This document shows positions 39,929-51,849 of a DNA stretch of 64,000 nt, piece after piece. Numbering within the stretch: position 1 is the first letter of the stretch; each line of letters opens with the position of its first letter. This DNA comes from Mytilus edulis. Its lineage: Eukaryota. The position numbers were made by a program, and so were the translations under genes. The notes beneath the pieces were generated by a model. It was not told the origin of the DNA and did not search any database. It saw only the letters and a list, made by a program, of their open reading frames with translations. The DNA is taken from the NCBI RefSeq assembly GCF_963676685.1, contig NC_092347.1:14942001-15006000 (forward strand). The letters run 5' to 3'.

Positions 39929-42900
39929 CTGTAAATACAACGTTAAAAAATCAATAAATTCAACTTATATCTAGGTCCAATTAGAAAAACTTATTTAAAT
40001 AAACGAAACGAATCGCTCAAAGTCAATCAAAGGTCATTAATTGCTTTAACGGTATATAAAGTCTCAATACGTGTATGTTCTTTGTACAGCATATTAGTGA
40101 CTGTTGTGGCTCCTGTTAACTAATAGTACTGATTGTTGATGATGCATTTTGATTAAATTAAACATAAATGATTCTAAAATCAAACAGAAATTACTAAAAA
40201 ATATTACGAAGATAGAACTAAGTATTTGAAAAATACACGTGACTAAGATAACAAACCTGATAGGTTCCAAGCCCCAACCAGCTATGACTGTAAACAGTCG
40301 GAGTCAGAAATCTCTTGCACAGTTTATAGCATAACCACAGTTAATACACGTGACTTAAATAACAAACCTGATAGGTTCCAAGCCCCAGCCAGCTATTTCT
40401 GTAAACAGTCGGGGTCCGAAATCTCTTGCACAGTTTATAGCATAACCACAGTTAATACATGTGACTTAAATAACAAACCTAATAGGTTCTATTCCCCAGC
40501 CAGCTTATACTGTAAGCAGTCGGGGTCCGAAATCTCTTGCACAGTTTATAACATAACCACAGTTAAGACAAGTGACTTAAATAACATACCTGATAGGTTC
40601 TAATCCCCAGCCAGCTATTACTGTAAACAGTCGTGGTCCGAAATCTCTTGCACAGTTTATAGCATAACCACAGTTAAAAGCAAAACAGGTCCCGATTGCC
40701 GTTACAATCATTCCCATTGCTATTGGTATAACACCTTTAGGTGGCATCATGTTCTTCTCGTCTGCTACAGCATGAATACAACCAAGTAGCAAAAATGTTC
40801 CGAACACCTGCAGAATAGTGGGAAAATATGTGATATCTACATTGCTTTATTTGAACGAATGCTTTTCTTTTCAATAGTTTTCTTTCATATTACTAGGCAA
40901 ATCAAGTGGCCCACTGGATATACAGCAAGATGAATTTATATTTTTCATAAGTTCTTTTATTGTAATGTTTTATGTCTCAATCTATAAAAAAAAATGTATG
41001 ATCGAAACTTTATTTTAAACAACAACTTACTTGATCGAAAAATGCATTAGTTGTAGATACGAACTCCTGTGGAAATGTGGAGAATATTCCCGCCGTAGAC
41101 GTGTTACCATATGTTGACCTTACACCTCCGTCATAATGGTTGATTGCGTCTGAATAACAATAAAAAAAATAATGCCTTTAAAGCAGAAGCGGTATTAAGA
41201 CGCATATGACATATAAAATTTAGTGCAAATTCTGGCCAATTTAAATTAACAAGACTGTGATTGTTCAGAAATAAAAACTAATTTTACATATGGAAAGTTA
41301 ACCAAGGCAAAAAAAGGCTAAAAAAACTTTAAAAAATATTATTAGAAAATTTTAGTTCCCGATAACTTCTATTATTTAGTTAAAAGATTGAACTTAATGA
41401 CCTTTCTTTCATTGTGTGTGCGTCAAAAGCGATTGCCTCTGAATTCCACCAAGAACCCTGAAAACCTTCAGATTTAAAAATCAAGGATATATGTATACGT
41501 GCTTGAGAAGCGTTCTGACTAGAAGGGACCATAAGATATAGGCAAATCAACCTCAGGTCAAATCTATCTACATCTATCCTATAAAACTTGTAATAAAAGA
41601 GAAATTTTATGCTTGTCAATCATGAATAAATAGAGATGTAGAATATACGTCAACGAGACACCAACCAAACGACATACATAACCAAAATACATCTACAGGT
41701 AAACATACCTTCATTTTCACTAAAAAAAATCGGAAGTCAACCAAGAAAAGTTCAATGATCAATTCATCTTGAAGAATAATACTGTATGATACTGAATCGT
41801 TTTGCACTTTGGGTTCGAAAATAATAATGTAATAATATCACATAACATCCTGCAGACGACAAGACGTGAAAAGTTAGGTGAATGTAATAATATTTCCTTT
41901 ATTTGTCTTACATCTTTGATAAGATCTTCAAGTTTTCGAATTTAAAGGAGAACACTTCAATAAGGCTGAAATATCAATATTCTCATAACTTTTAATTACT
42001 GCATATATATAGATTTACCAAAAAACATTTTTCCCCAAGGTGTATCATACCAAGATGTTGGTTTGATGGTCACATTTTATTGGACGAAACAATTTATACA
42101 GAAATAGCCATTTTATTCAAGTTTGTCAATTTTGACATTTATACGACTTCACAGTGTCACATACTACATTTCTGAACTAAAATGACCAGACTATATCATC
42201 CTTTTAATAATACAAAGACAATTTAGGTAATCTAAGAGTGTGAAATATTTTTTACAATTTTTGTTATTTTATAGCGTACTCGCTGTACATTGTGTATAAA
42301 GAATTACAGAAACTGCATCAAACAGCACGGCCTCTTTCTTACTTTTTATTTGAAAAAATATATCTTATTTATGTAGCTTGTTAAAACAATTTACACGGTG
42401 TCCTTGGCACATCCATTTGTAAAACAAAAATACCTTGCTTATCTTTCCTGAAATGTATACTATGGTCTGAATTTTGTGCCTCTTAAGTTACATGGTGGTG
42501 GAACTTTTTTGTAATTGTAAACTCTTTGTGTTTGTTTTTGTTTTTGTTTTTACTTGCTCTATTATTTGTTTTAACTTGCTCTATTATGAAATATGGTTTT
42601 TTTTGCAGTTTTCAATCAAAGATATAATTACCATGATATATTCCAAACTGAACAGCTGCTGCCACAAATGATCCTGCTAACTGTGCTATACAGTAGAGGG
42701 GCCATTTCCACCACGCACATTTACCCATTATACAGAAACCAAGAGTTACTGCTGGATTAAGATGACCACCTAAAAGAAAGATACCTCAATCATACTATAT
42801 TTTTTTCAATACACAATTGACATTTTAAATACATAAATTTAATAAATGATAAGCACAGATATTACCACAGACGATTGTATGCATTTCAAAGATGTGCCGC

Positions 42901-45900
42901 TACTCATTTCTGTAGTAATATGAAAAACATTAGATAGAGTAAGATTGTCAATGAGACAGCTATCCACCAAAGTTCAAATGAAGTGGATGTAATGACTTTA
43001 AAGATTATATATAGCAATGATCTGTTTTATTTTGTTGTCATAGAGATCGCTCTAAGCCTGTGTTTTTATTTTCATTTTCGATAAGTAGTGAGAGCATAGT
43101 GAAAGTATTATATATATTTCTATTCCACTGAACTAAAATTACAAATGTAATTAACGAACATTGGAGGGTTTACGTCACTCTCACTATGTATGACTTTTAA
43201 ATACATGCAAGCAGCAGTTCTGATCGATTTATTTCAGAGACACGTTATAGATGAGGGTCTTAGTATTAACATTCAAAACCCTTTCTTACCATAATCTGTA
43301 ATAAACTTTGTCTAGACCTAATATAGCTGTAATATGTGTTAAAAATAATCATCTAATAATATTTAATCTTTCAAAACGTCTTATCACAGACAAATATATA
43401 AAAAAAAATGATTTTAATATAGATGCTCCACTTTTACAGTTATGTTATTTACAGACTTTATCTCAAGTTTTATAAAAATCATGTAGCAAACATCTTTAAA
43501 ATCGCAAACTTAAAGCTTAAGACATCGGAAGTAAGTCCTTATTTTAACCTTTTTATCTATACTTACCAGACACTCCTCCGCTAAAATAAATGCCAAATGT
43601 CAGCCCAAGTCCTCCAGCAATGTTAAGAGATAGAAAATTACCCATTTGTCCATTACTCAGTGTTAACTGTGCACCGGCTCCAATGGCAAAAGTCTGAAAC
43701 AAAAAGCAAAAAGTTGAAAGTACTTATATCTTACATATGAAGGTCGTTTATCCAAAAGCCAACCCCATATATATTGTTTAACACATAAGAATATGTAGGA
43801 CTTACTTTAAGAGATCTCAATCAACAATTTGAAGCCCATGTAAAAAAAAGATTGATCTTGAGTTATGATAATTTTTCTGAAACCACATCGACTTTGTTAT
43901 TTCCTTATTACCAAATTCAGTACGATTTAATTATCTCCTGAACAACATGTTTTTGTGGGTTGTGTTTATTTGTTATATTTTTTATCTGATACTTATAAAT
44001 AAATCTGTCAAAATTTTGGATTTGTTTTTTAGCATTGTCAAATATATGGAACAATAAATTTGCCAGTTTAAAACTTTATATATTCAGGATTTTGATACAT
44101 GCGGAATGGATTTTGATCATTGTCGAAGACGTACGTCGGCTTATAGTTCTCTGGTGGAGAGATGTCTCATTGGAAATCATAACATATTTAATTTTAAAAT
44201 TTTATATTATAAATAGGCGACTTTCATTGCTTTTGTTTATTGAGAATTATTTGGCTCTTTACGAATGAATTTATCACTAAGATAACGAAATAGTTTTATC
44301 CTTAAATATGATCAAATATGGGAATGTAGATACAATTCAATTTGATTTAAGTAAATATTTATTGAGAAGGTCAAAACAGCATACCATGGAATTATCGTTA
44401 ATACCGAGCCAAATGAAAAGACAAATAGTCTTGACCTCTTTATCTCTTTAGCTTCATCATATGTGTTTTTTAAATTTCTTCTATTTATTTAAGATTTTAT
44501 TATTTCTTTTAGCTTGTCAAATATGGGCAATTTTGTTTTAGAAAATATGGATCAGATCACTTTACAAATCGGAATTGTAATGGACGTATTTTCCTGTTGA
44601 AATAACGTTACATTAATGGTATTTGTTGACAGCTATCAGAAAGATCGGGTGACAGAGTCTTAATCTTTAAAGTTCTCCGAGTGGAATTAAGTCCAGAGAT
44701 TCGAAATTTAAGTACTATTATATGTTTGAGTAAATTTGGTAAGACTTATAGCGGCCATTAAGCGCATTGAAGATAATTTAAGAAAACTTGAGACCTCAGT
44801 GGTGGATCCGGGGGGGAAAGGGGGGTCCGGGGGTTGGAACCCCCCTTTTTTTACGATCAATGCATTTGAATGGGGGCATGTAGTTGGAACCCCCCTTTTA
44901 ACCTGGGTTGGGAACCCCCCTTTTTTAAAATGGCTGGATCCGCCCCTGGACCTGCACATACATTTAGTATATGTTCAAAGCCAGTTACTCATTTTTCATT
45001 TACCGGGAAACAGTTTCTCCAAAACTAGACATGAATGCTGATGCAGAAAATTTCACAATTTTAGATTCAACTTTACGTAATGGATTTATGGTGTATAACA
45101 AATCTCCTAGTATGTCATGGTCTACATTATGATTTATTTACTGTTTTTTACTATTTTATGTAAGTAAGGAAATTTCCACTTACAAATTAAAAGTTACTTG
45201 AAAGCTGACGGGCTATGTTAAAATGACCAAAGTTTTGATTAAACTCTAAATTTTATTTTTGTCTTCTGTATTTTGATCTAGCTTTTAATGTTTATTACGA
45301 AAAATCCATAAAAAGTAAAATCTCAAAATACCGAAATCCATGGAAAATTAAAAAATAGGAAAGTCCTTTTTCAAATAACAAAATCAATAGAATGGAAAAT
45401 ACCTGTCATTTTTATTGACCACTATTTGTGAGCAAAACAAACATATATAAGATGTAAAAATGTCATAAATTGATGTGCATCAGTCAACATTGTGTTATAA
45501 TCCTAATTAGTATTAAAACAAGCTACTATTTAACAAAGCAAAACACTTTATAGACAAATCATACAGGCAAAAACGGAAGACAAAAATACAAATATTAGCC
45601 TAAAAAATTGCCATTTTTTTTTTTTCATTATTTCTCATAATATAAAACATTAATTGTTTCCAGTTTATACGTAATTTTTAATATTTAAAGAATTTAGGAA
45701 CTTTATAAATCTAATCAAGAACCCATAAAGGGCATAATTTTGCAACAATAGTATACACAATATGATTGGAAAAAAGCAAAAAGGAACCTAATACTATACT
45801 ATCTCATAAACATGTTTAACCCCGCCGCAATTTTGCGCCTGTCCCAAGTCAGGAGCCTCTGACCTTTGTTAGTCTTGTATGATTTTTAATTTTAGTTTCT

Positions 45901-48900
45901 TGTGTATAATTCGGAGTTTAGTATGACGTCCGTTATCACTGTACTAGTATACATATTTTTTTAAGGGACCAGCTGAAGGACGCCTACGGGTGCGGGAGTT
46001 TCTAGCTACATTGAAGACCCATCGGTGGCCTTCGGCTGTTGTCTGCTCTATGGTCGGGTTATTGTCGCTTTGACACATTCCCCATTTCCTTTCTCAATTT
46101 TATCCATGTTATGGAAAAACATATATACGTGTAACAAATACTATCATGTATTCCATTACAGAAGCATTCAAAATAAATAACTTATTTGTAATAAATTTGA
46201 GGTACACCAATAAATATGAATACGTTTATGCAGTAAATCTAGAAATAGTTTAATATACATATATATATATATTTGGTGACAGCTTTGCTTCTGAAACATA
46301 TGATTGATCCATCGACACAGCAGTTTTACGCCTAGCGGAAAACATTACTTTCATGTTCAGGTCGATCATATGTTAATGTCATATTAGGTTCTAGACCGTC
46401 AAACCAAAGAATTATAGGGGAATAGATAAATGATCGCTTTTGCTTTTTTTCTTCTGATCGGCAGTATGAAACCTTGCCAAGTGAGGCGTACTTTGGTTGT
46501 GTAGGATGTACAAATACGCAGCCAATTCAAGTCAAAATGGGGGCGTAATATCCGATTTCGCGTGAACAGAGAAAAAACATGCAAAGAACCAATACAATAG
46601 CTAACTTGAGCGGTCTGTAGATGGCCTGTTGCATGGCTAAGCTAAATTTTTGTTCCCGTTCAATATATCCCCATTTTAAGGTGGCAGTCAAAATTTCCCG
46701 CCCTTCATCACGTCGACCCATATTATAGGACCTATGTATTGTATTTATTATAAAATTGTGAATTTCGTAAACATGCATGATATATTTGCCATTGGACATA
46801 TAAGTTCAAAAGGGAACAATTCACATTAGGAACCAACACGGATATATTGAGATCGTGACGATCAAACATTCGGGAAAAAATAAATCAACCGTGGGTTTAC
46901 AATTCTGATTGACTTCCGAAAATACGGGCCCTATCGTTTTATTCAGAGTCGGATCCAACTGTTTAGAACTATTGAAAAAGGTGATGACCATATCTAGAGG
47001 CTGTTGATAGCTAGGAAAATTACAGTCTACACATTTATCAACTGAGTTAATAATAGGGTTAAAACAGTCTGTAGTTAGGTGCCGGGTAGTCGTTGGTTAA
47101 TGTGTAATATTTGTTTTTTTTCATATATTGTTTTACCTTATAAATTAGGTCGTTAGTTTTTTCAATTGTATCACATTAAACATGACGGGCCTTTTATATC
47201 CGACTATACAGGGTTGGTCTATTCAATTGTTAAAGCCCGTACAGGTTCCTACATTCACTTCATTTGAACTTGATGAATAGTCGTCGCGTAGGCCATATTA
47301 CCACATCTCCTTGCTTTATATTGTTACCCTCTTGACACAAAATGTGAAGAGTGATAATATATATTTTCTTTCAAAACATACTTCTACATGTTAACAATTT
47401 AAGTTCACTATGTACACTTTAGTTTTCATCAAGCTCCGTTTTCCTTTATTCAAGAAACGTAATAATGTTATTTCCTTGGGCACAGCACGTGTTTCTGGAA
47501 CTACTTTCATCGAGTTTGAAAAGCCCAAATTATAAAACATTTCAGACTAAAGACATCAAATGAGATGCTGAAAGACAATCCCATATTAATGTAAAAACAG
47601 TCAAAATACAGCATTCGACAACCGACCAATAAATAAAGTCATTCTTCATCATAATAACTGTCGACTGAAACAACATGGAAGACAGAACAATAACAGCTAA
47701 GCCAACAAAAGGATTTAAAGCGGCACTGTTTAGCCGCACACGGGACTAATTGTGTTCTCCATCCCCGTTGTTTTAAAGCTGTAGGTATTCTACAACATAC
47801 CCGTAAATTATAGGGTAATTTTTATGAATTTCCTGTTACAAAACTCAATTTTTAAAAACTAAGGATTTTCTTATCCCAGGAATAGATTACCTTAGCTGTA
47901 AAAATGTGCCAATTATATGAAGAAGCCAAAAGAAAATGTTTTAAATGGGTTATCATGTGCTCGAATTCCTTACATGCATATCAAATAAAGATTAAAATGT
48001 CAACGTTGTGTAGTATCATTGACGTATTTATAACATATACTATAAACACGACCTAGTTTAGTTTCCACGTTGAAAATATAGAACCATTTATTTTGTCAAA
48101 AAATAATTCCATTATTTAATTGAATTTCGTTTGTTAAAAGAAAATGCAGCTTGTACTTCGTATGAAAGAACAAACAGGATACATTACAACATTTTAGAAC
48201 TCGATTGTTGTATTATAGCCTTAATATTGAATACATGAAAAGAACCAAGGACAAAAAAATCAATTCTCGGAAAACGAGGATAAAAATTATAGTTTAAGAA
48301 ATTGGTACACATGTAATATTGTTTCTGAACTGACAATCGTCATAGTGACATACACTTTACATAAACAAAAATGATTGAAGTTGTAACTCCCCATAAAAGC
48401 ACGATTTCAGAATTAATATGGAAGTTCTCCTTATATTCATTTTTGTCAAATAACTCATTCATGTTTTTCAAGTTTTTATTATCCTTGGTTTTATTATCCT
48501 TGGTTTTTAATTTTTTGGGGTTTCAACGCTGCTATAAATTAAAGTAAGTACAGACACTTCGAACGCACCAAAATCAAAAGGTTTCTGTCAGTACATATAA
48601 GCATTGCCTAATTATTATGAGCCGCTTAACTTAATTATGCCAAAAAACTGTTTAAATACTGGTCATCGGTTTTTACTGCGGCAGATATAACAGAAAATTG
48701 ATAAAAAAAATTAGTCGATGTTTTATGAGCCTCTATTAACAATACTCATTCATTTTTCTGAACGACAATAAAATATATAGTTCAATTTTTATCGACAGGG
48801 ATGAAGGGCGGGCTTTAGACTGCCACTTGAAATAGACGAATCGCATGTTGATGGCAGTCATTTTGTCTTGCAACATTTATTCCCAAAATAACTGTTTCGG

Positions 48901-49807
48901 TTTCTTTCTTAAACAATCAGAGTGGAGCATTCATCGAACAAGGTTTTAATGTCCATTTTTGACGATGGAAGTTTTTAACGACCTTGACTGGCTAAATAAC
49001 CCTTGCAAGGTCGGTAATCCATTTTCGACCGAGCGTAGATGCGTATGTATACACCCAACAAAGCCATCTATGTCTCCAACCCCCAATTTTCGTTTGAGTT
49101 TAATAAACACAAAAATTAGTTGGATATTATATAGATATATTGGGGAAAATTGTAAGTATTACATAGACTTTTTTCAATTAAAAATTACTTCAATTTTGAT
49201 AAAGCGATGTTTTGCCTTTATTCCGGTAAAAAGAATAAAGACATATATGATCGTCCATATGAATGATAGATACAATCAATTGTGTATAAATCGTATATCC
49301 ATAACGAAACATTGTTTATTATGATTAAACACAAACAGACCTTATTAACATTCTTTTCTTAATATGTGATGTATTTTGGCTAAGTTTTTTTATTGCTCAT
49401 AAATTCATTTTTTCCAGAACGAATAGGGGATGTTCTTTTTTTTTTTATCATACGTCTTCATGCTTTGGATTTTCTTTAACCTATATATTTAATAAACGTT
49501 TTGTCTAATTCACATGAGATTTATTTTTCTCCTCTTTTTTCATTTTCAGGGTTTTGATTTTATCGGTTTCTTAAATGTCTTAATGATTCAGTAGATTCCC
49601 ATATTGGTAGTCATCAATCTATGTAGTAAAATTAAAAAAAAAAAAAAATGTTTCACAAAACGCATAACTATAAAAAAAAAATGTCATGTCATAAAAAATT
49701 AGAACTTTATTTTGATTTGTAACAATTCTTACCACTAGTATAAAAGTGCCTATAAATTCCGCTAATATTTCACGACCAGCTCTACTGCTTAATTTACACG
49801 ACACCAT
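39736..49807 (-). CDS. Aquaglyceroporin (MIP family, AQP3/7/9/10-like), 6 coding exons, 289 aa: join(49733-49807, 43567-43693, 42632-42769, 41031-41149, 40590-40807, 39736-39928)
   Basis: Manual splicing at GT-AG sites gives one open frame: [25 protein letters not shown]|[43 protein letters not shown]|[46 protein letters not shown]|[39 protein letters not shown]|VFGTFLLLG...[32 protein letters not shown]|[34 protein letters not shown]...FEPESEKF*. It contains the AEFx[11 protein letters not shown], TAGIFxT and NxARDFGPR motifs. Internal exons of 127/138/119/218 nt match the exon sizes I recall for vertebrate aquaglyceroporins. Confidence 0.95.
40239..40676 (-). repeat. 111-bp tandem repeat (4 units) made of the 3' part of aquaglyceroporin exon 5 plus its donor site
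   Basis: Units start at 40239, 40350, 40461 and 40572 (gtgact...gaaatctcttgcacagtttata...accacagttaa). Only the last unit overlaps the real exon. Confidence 0.93.
40590..40807 (-). CDS. Aquaglyceroporin exon 5 (218 nt), second motif NCARD
   Basis: Corresponds to ORF 40577-40807; TGCAG acceptor and GTATGT donor; encodes [15 protein letters not shown]. Confidence 0.94.
41031..41149 (-). CDS. Aquaglyceroporin exon 4 (119 nt), loop C
   Basis: TTCAG acceptor and GTAAGT donor; encodes YDGG...TAGIFSTFP...FFDQ, with an N-glycosylation sequon NTS. Confidence 0.93.
42632..42769 (-). CDS. Aquaglyceroporin exon 3 (138 nt), first NPA motif
   Basis: TTTTAG acceptor and GTAATT donor; encodes [10 protein letters not shown]...[11 protein letters not shown]. 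Confidence 0.94.
43567..43693 (-). CDS. Aquaglyceroporin exon 2 (127 nt)
   Basis: TTTCAG acceptor and GTAAGT donor; encodes the end of TM1, TM2 and ...GGVSG. Confidence 0.93.
44797..44948. mobile_element. 152-bp GC-rich MITE with 5-bp TSD, in aquaglyceroporin intron 1
   Basis: GACCT|CAGTGGTGGATCC...GGATCCGCCCCTG|GACCT. Confidence 0.82.
45805..46103 (+). repeat. Dispersed SINE-like/PLE-associated repeat
   Basis: The 3' end (gacacattccccatttcctttctcaattttat) is the reverse complement of about 1944-2014; the cctgtcccaagtcagg core is shared with about 635-650. Confidence 0.6.
47560..47730 (+). mobile_element. Short LINE 3' relic
   Basis: [19 protein letters not shown] resembles the 3' end of the 28765 LINE. 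Confidence 0.4.
49733..49807 (-). CDS. Aquaglyceroporin exon 1 (proximal, 1a)
   Basis: ATG at 49807, 25 codons ending in FILV, then a GTAAGA donor (phase 0). Confidence 0.92.
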
Positions 49808-51387
49808 CTTCAAAGATAGAAAGTTTTAAAATATCGCCACCAAAGGAGTTAACCTGTCACTTAATTCTTATCAATACAAACATAAATCTCAGGTAATCAT
49901 ACACAATGAAGTTGATATATATTGTTATCTGCAACTTATACCCTAGGGAACATTTAGACACAAACAATTGTTCTTCCCTGATTACTGCAACTTGTTTATA
50001 ATTGTTTAAAGATACATTAGTTTGTTCTGCATAATTCATATTAAAAGTCCAACCAAATTGGCCACCACGAATTTTATTAATTCTCGTTCCATGAAATAAT
50101 AATATGAAATAGGAGTTGATAATTGGTCTGTCTCTTGCTTAGTCCGTTTTTATATCGAATCTAGAATTGGGTTACCCTGAACTATTGTTGCGGATACAAA
50201 TTATCTATTCGCACTGCCGAATGTTATGTTAGGATTGAGTCCTACAGATTAAGATACATTAAACAACTGCGTTTTTACTTTGTGAATATCCTGGATTTTT
50301 TTTAGTGGGAGGAGGGACCAGGGTTAAGAGTGAAGAAACAAAATTTCTATTTATAAATGTTTACATTTTTAGTTTTTGAATTCAATTTAACATTTTGGTT
50401 TTAATTCGTACTTTTTACCATGTCAACAATATAATTGTACTCTTTTTTTTTGTCTATCATCCGAATCCGCCTTTGTTTAGACATAATTTATCTGTTTTAC
50501 ATAATGCATCAAAGTTGTAAAATACGCAGTTTTACAGTTACTTACATGTTTCTACACCCTTAATAATATTTTGATCACATATATAATACATGTTTTTGAA
50601 AAATTACTTTCATGTTTTGCTAATAACTTGTTTGTTAAACAAGTGCAATGCTTGTTTGAAGTATTTGTATACGAAACATATCAAACAAAAACGGTGCTTG
50701 CCTATAGGCATGCACTACTCAAGGTTTCGTATTTTTCATTTTGACAGAATTTTAGATGCACATTCTCATTACAATTTTCTGAACTTTTTTGTTTTTAATA
50801 TGCTGTATAAACAATTTCTTCATAAACCAGGAAAATATTGTTTACGTGCTCATTTATCAGGAAACCTTAAGTTTTCGATGTACTATATAGTTTACTGCAA
50901 AAAGTTGCCCTTTTCCAGAACACATCTAATTGGTTATATTAAAAGTGTTCTATCATTTATGAGGATTTTGATTGGGTCTTCATTCATGTATTCTTTCTTT
51001 CTTTTGTCCATTTTACCTGATACTTCAGATCCCAGTTATTCCGTATATCGTCTTTCTATTTATTTCTATTCTTTATCGTTTGTCCATTTATTCTCATATT
51101 TTGCCAAATAATCTCTATTCTGTAAACCCAATATTGTGTTTACAGAAAGATATTAATACAGACACTCATTTATGTAAATACGTTTGTATTTGTTTTCAAT
51201 AATTAAGTTCAATAAGTTCAAGAGACTGTATACTCGTTATTAAAAATAATTTTGCTTTTGATATTTCCTGTATTTACGATACATGCAATACATTTTTTAT
51301 TGTTCTCATAAAAAAATATTCCAGAAAGATAATCAGGTTAATTCAAAAAGACTAGATTTACTTCAAATAGTGATGAAACTCCATTTA

Positions 51388-51830
51388 GTATGAAATTCAA
51401 AACAGTGTAGCTGTGGCCATTGATTGACACATTAAAATCATTCATTGACTGGGACAATTTAGGTGAACGTTTGTATGTAACGACCAATGCTCACTATGTA
51501 CTTTTTAAAGAAACTTAAACTATGGGGTCACCAAAGGTTCTCAAAACCTAAATAAAGTAATTCGAAAAATTAATCAGAAATAACACGATATTTTGATTTA
51601 TATCAATTATATAAATCAAAACACAAAGTTTATTCCTGATTAATTTTTCGAATTATTTTATAATTAAAGGCGTTAAGAAACCTTTGGTGACCCCACAGTT
51701 TAAATGTCTATCGTAGGTACGTCATTAACAGTGGTTGTTACAGACAAACGTTCACGTAAATTGTCCCAGTCAATGGATGATTTTGATGGGTCAATCAATG
51801 GCCACAGCTACACTGTTTTGAATTTCATAC
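51388..51830. mobile_element. Near-complete palindromic foldback MITE flanked by TA
   Basis: TA|GTATGAAATTCAAAACAGTGTAGCTGTGGCCATTGATTGAC ... GTCAATCAATGGCCACAGCTACACTGTTTTGAATTTCATAC|TA; arms of about 200 bp. Confidence 0.9.
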
Positions 51831-51849
51831 TAAGTCAAAATTTTTGTTG

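Noticed and set aside
39758-39940. Listed 60-aa ORF over exon 6
   Set aside because: Wrong frame; the spliced aquaglyceroporin frame is different and ends at 39736.
50590-51111. 173-aa ORF upstream of aquaglyceroporin exon 1a, on the opposite strand
   Set aside because: Composition is dominated by F/L/Y/I/K from AT-rich codons, with no recognisable motif; probably a chance ORF.
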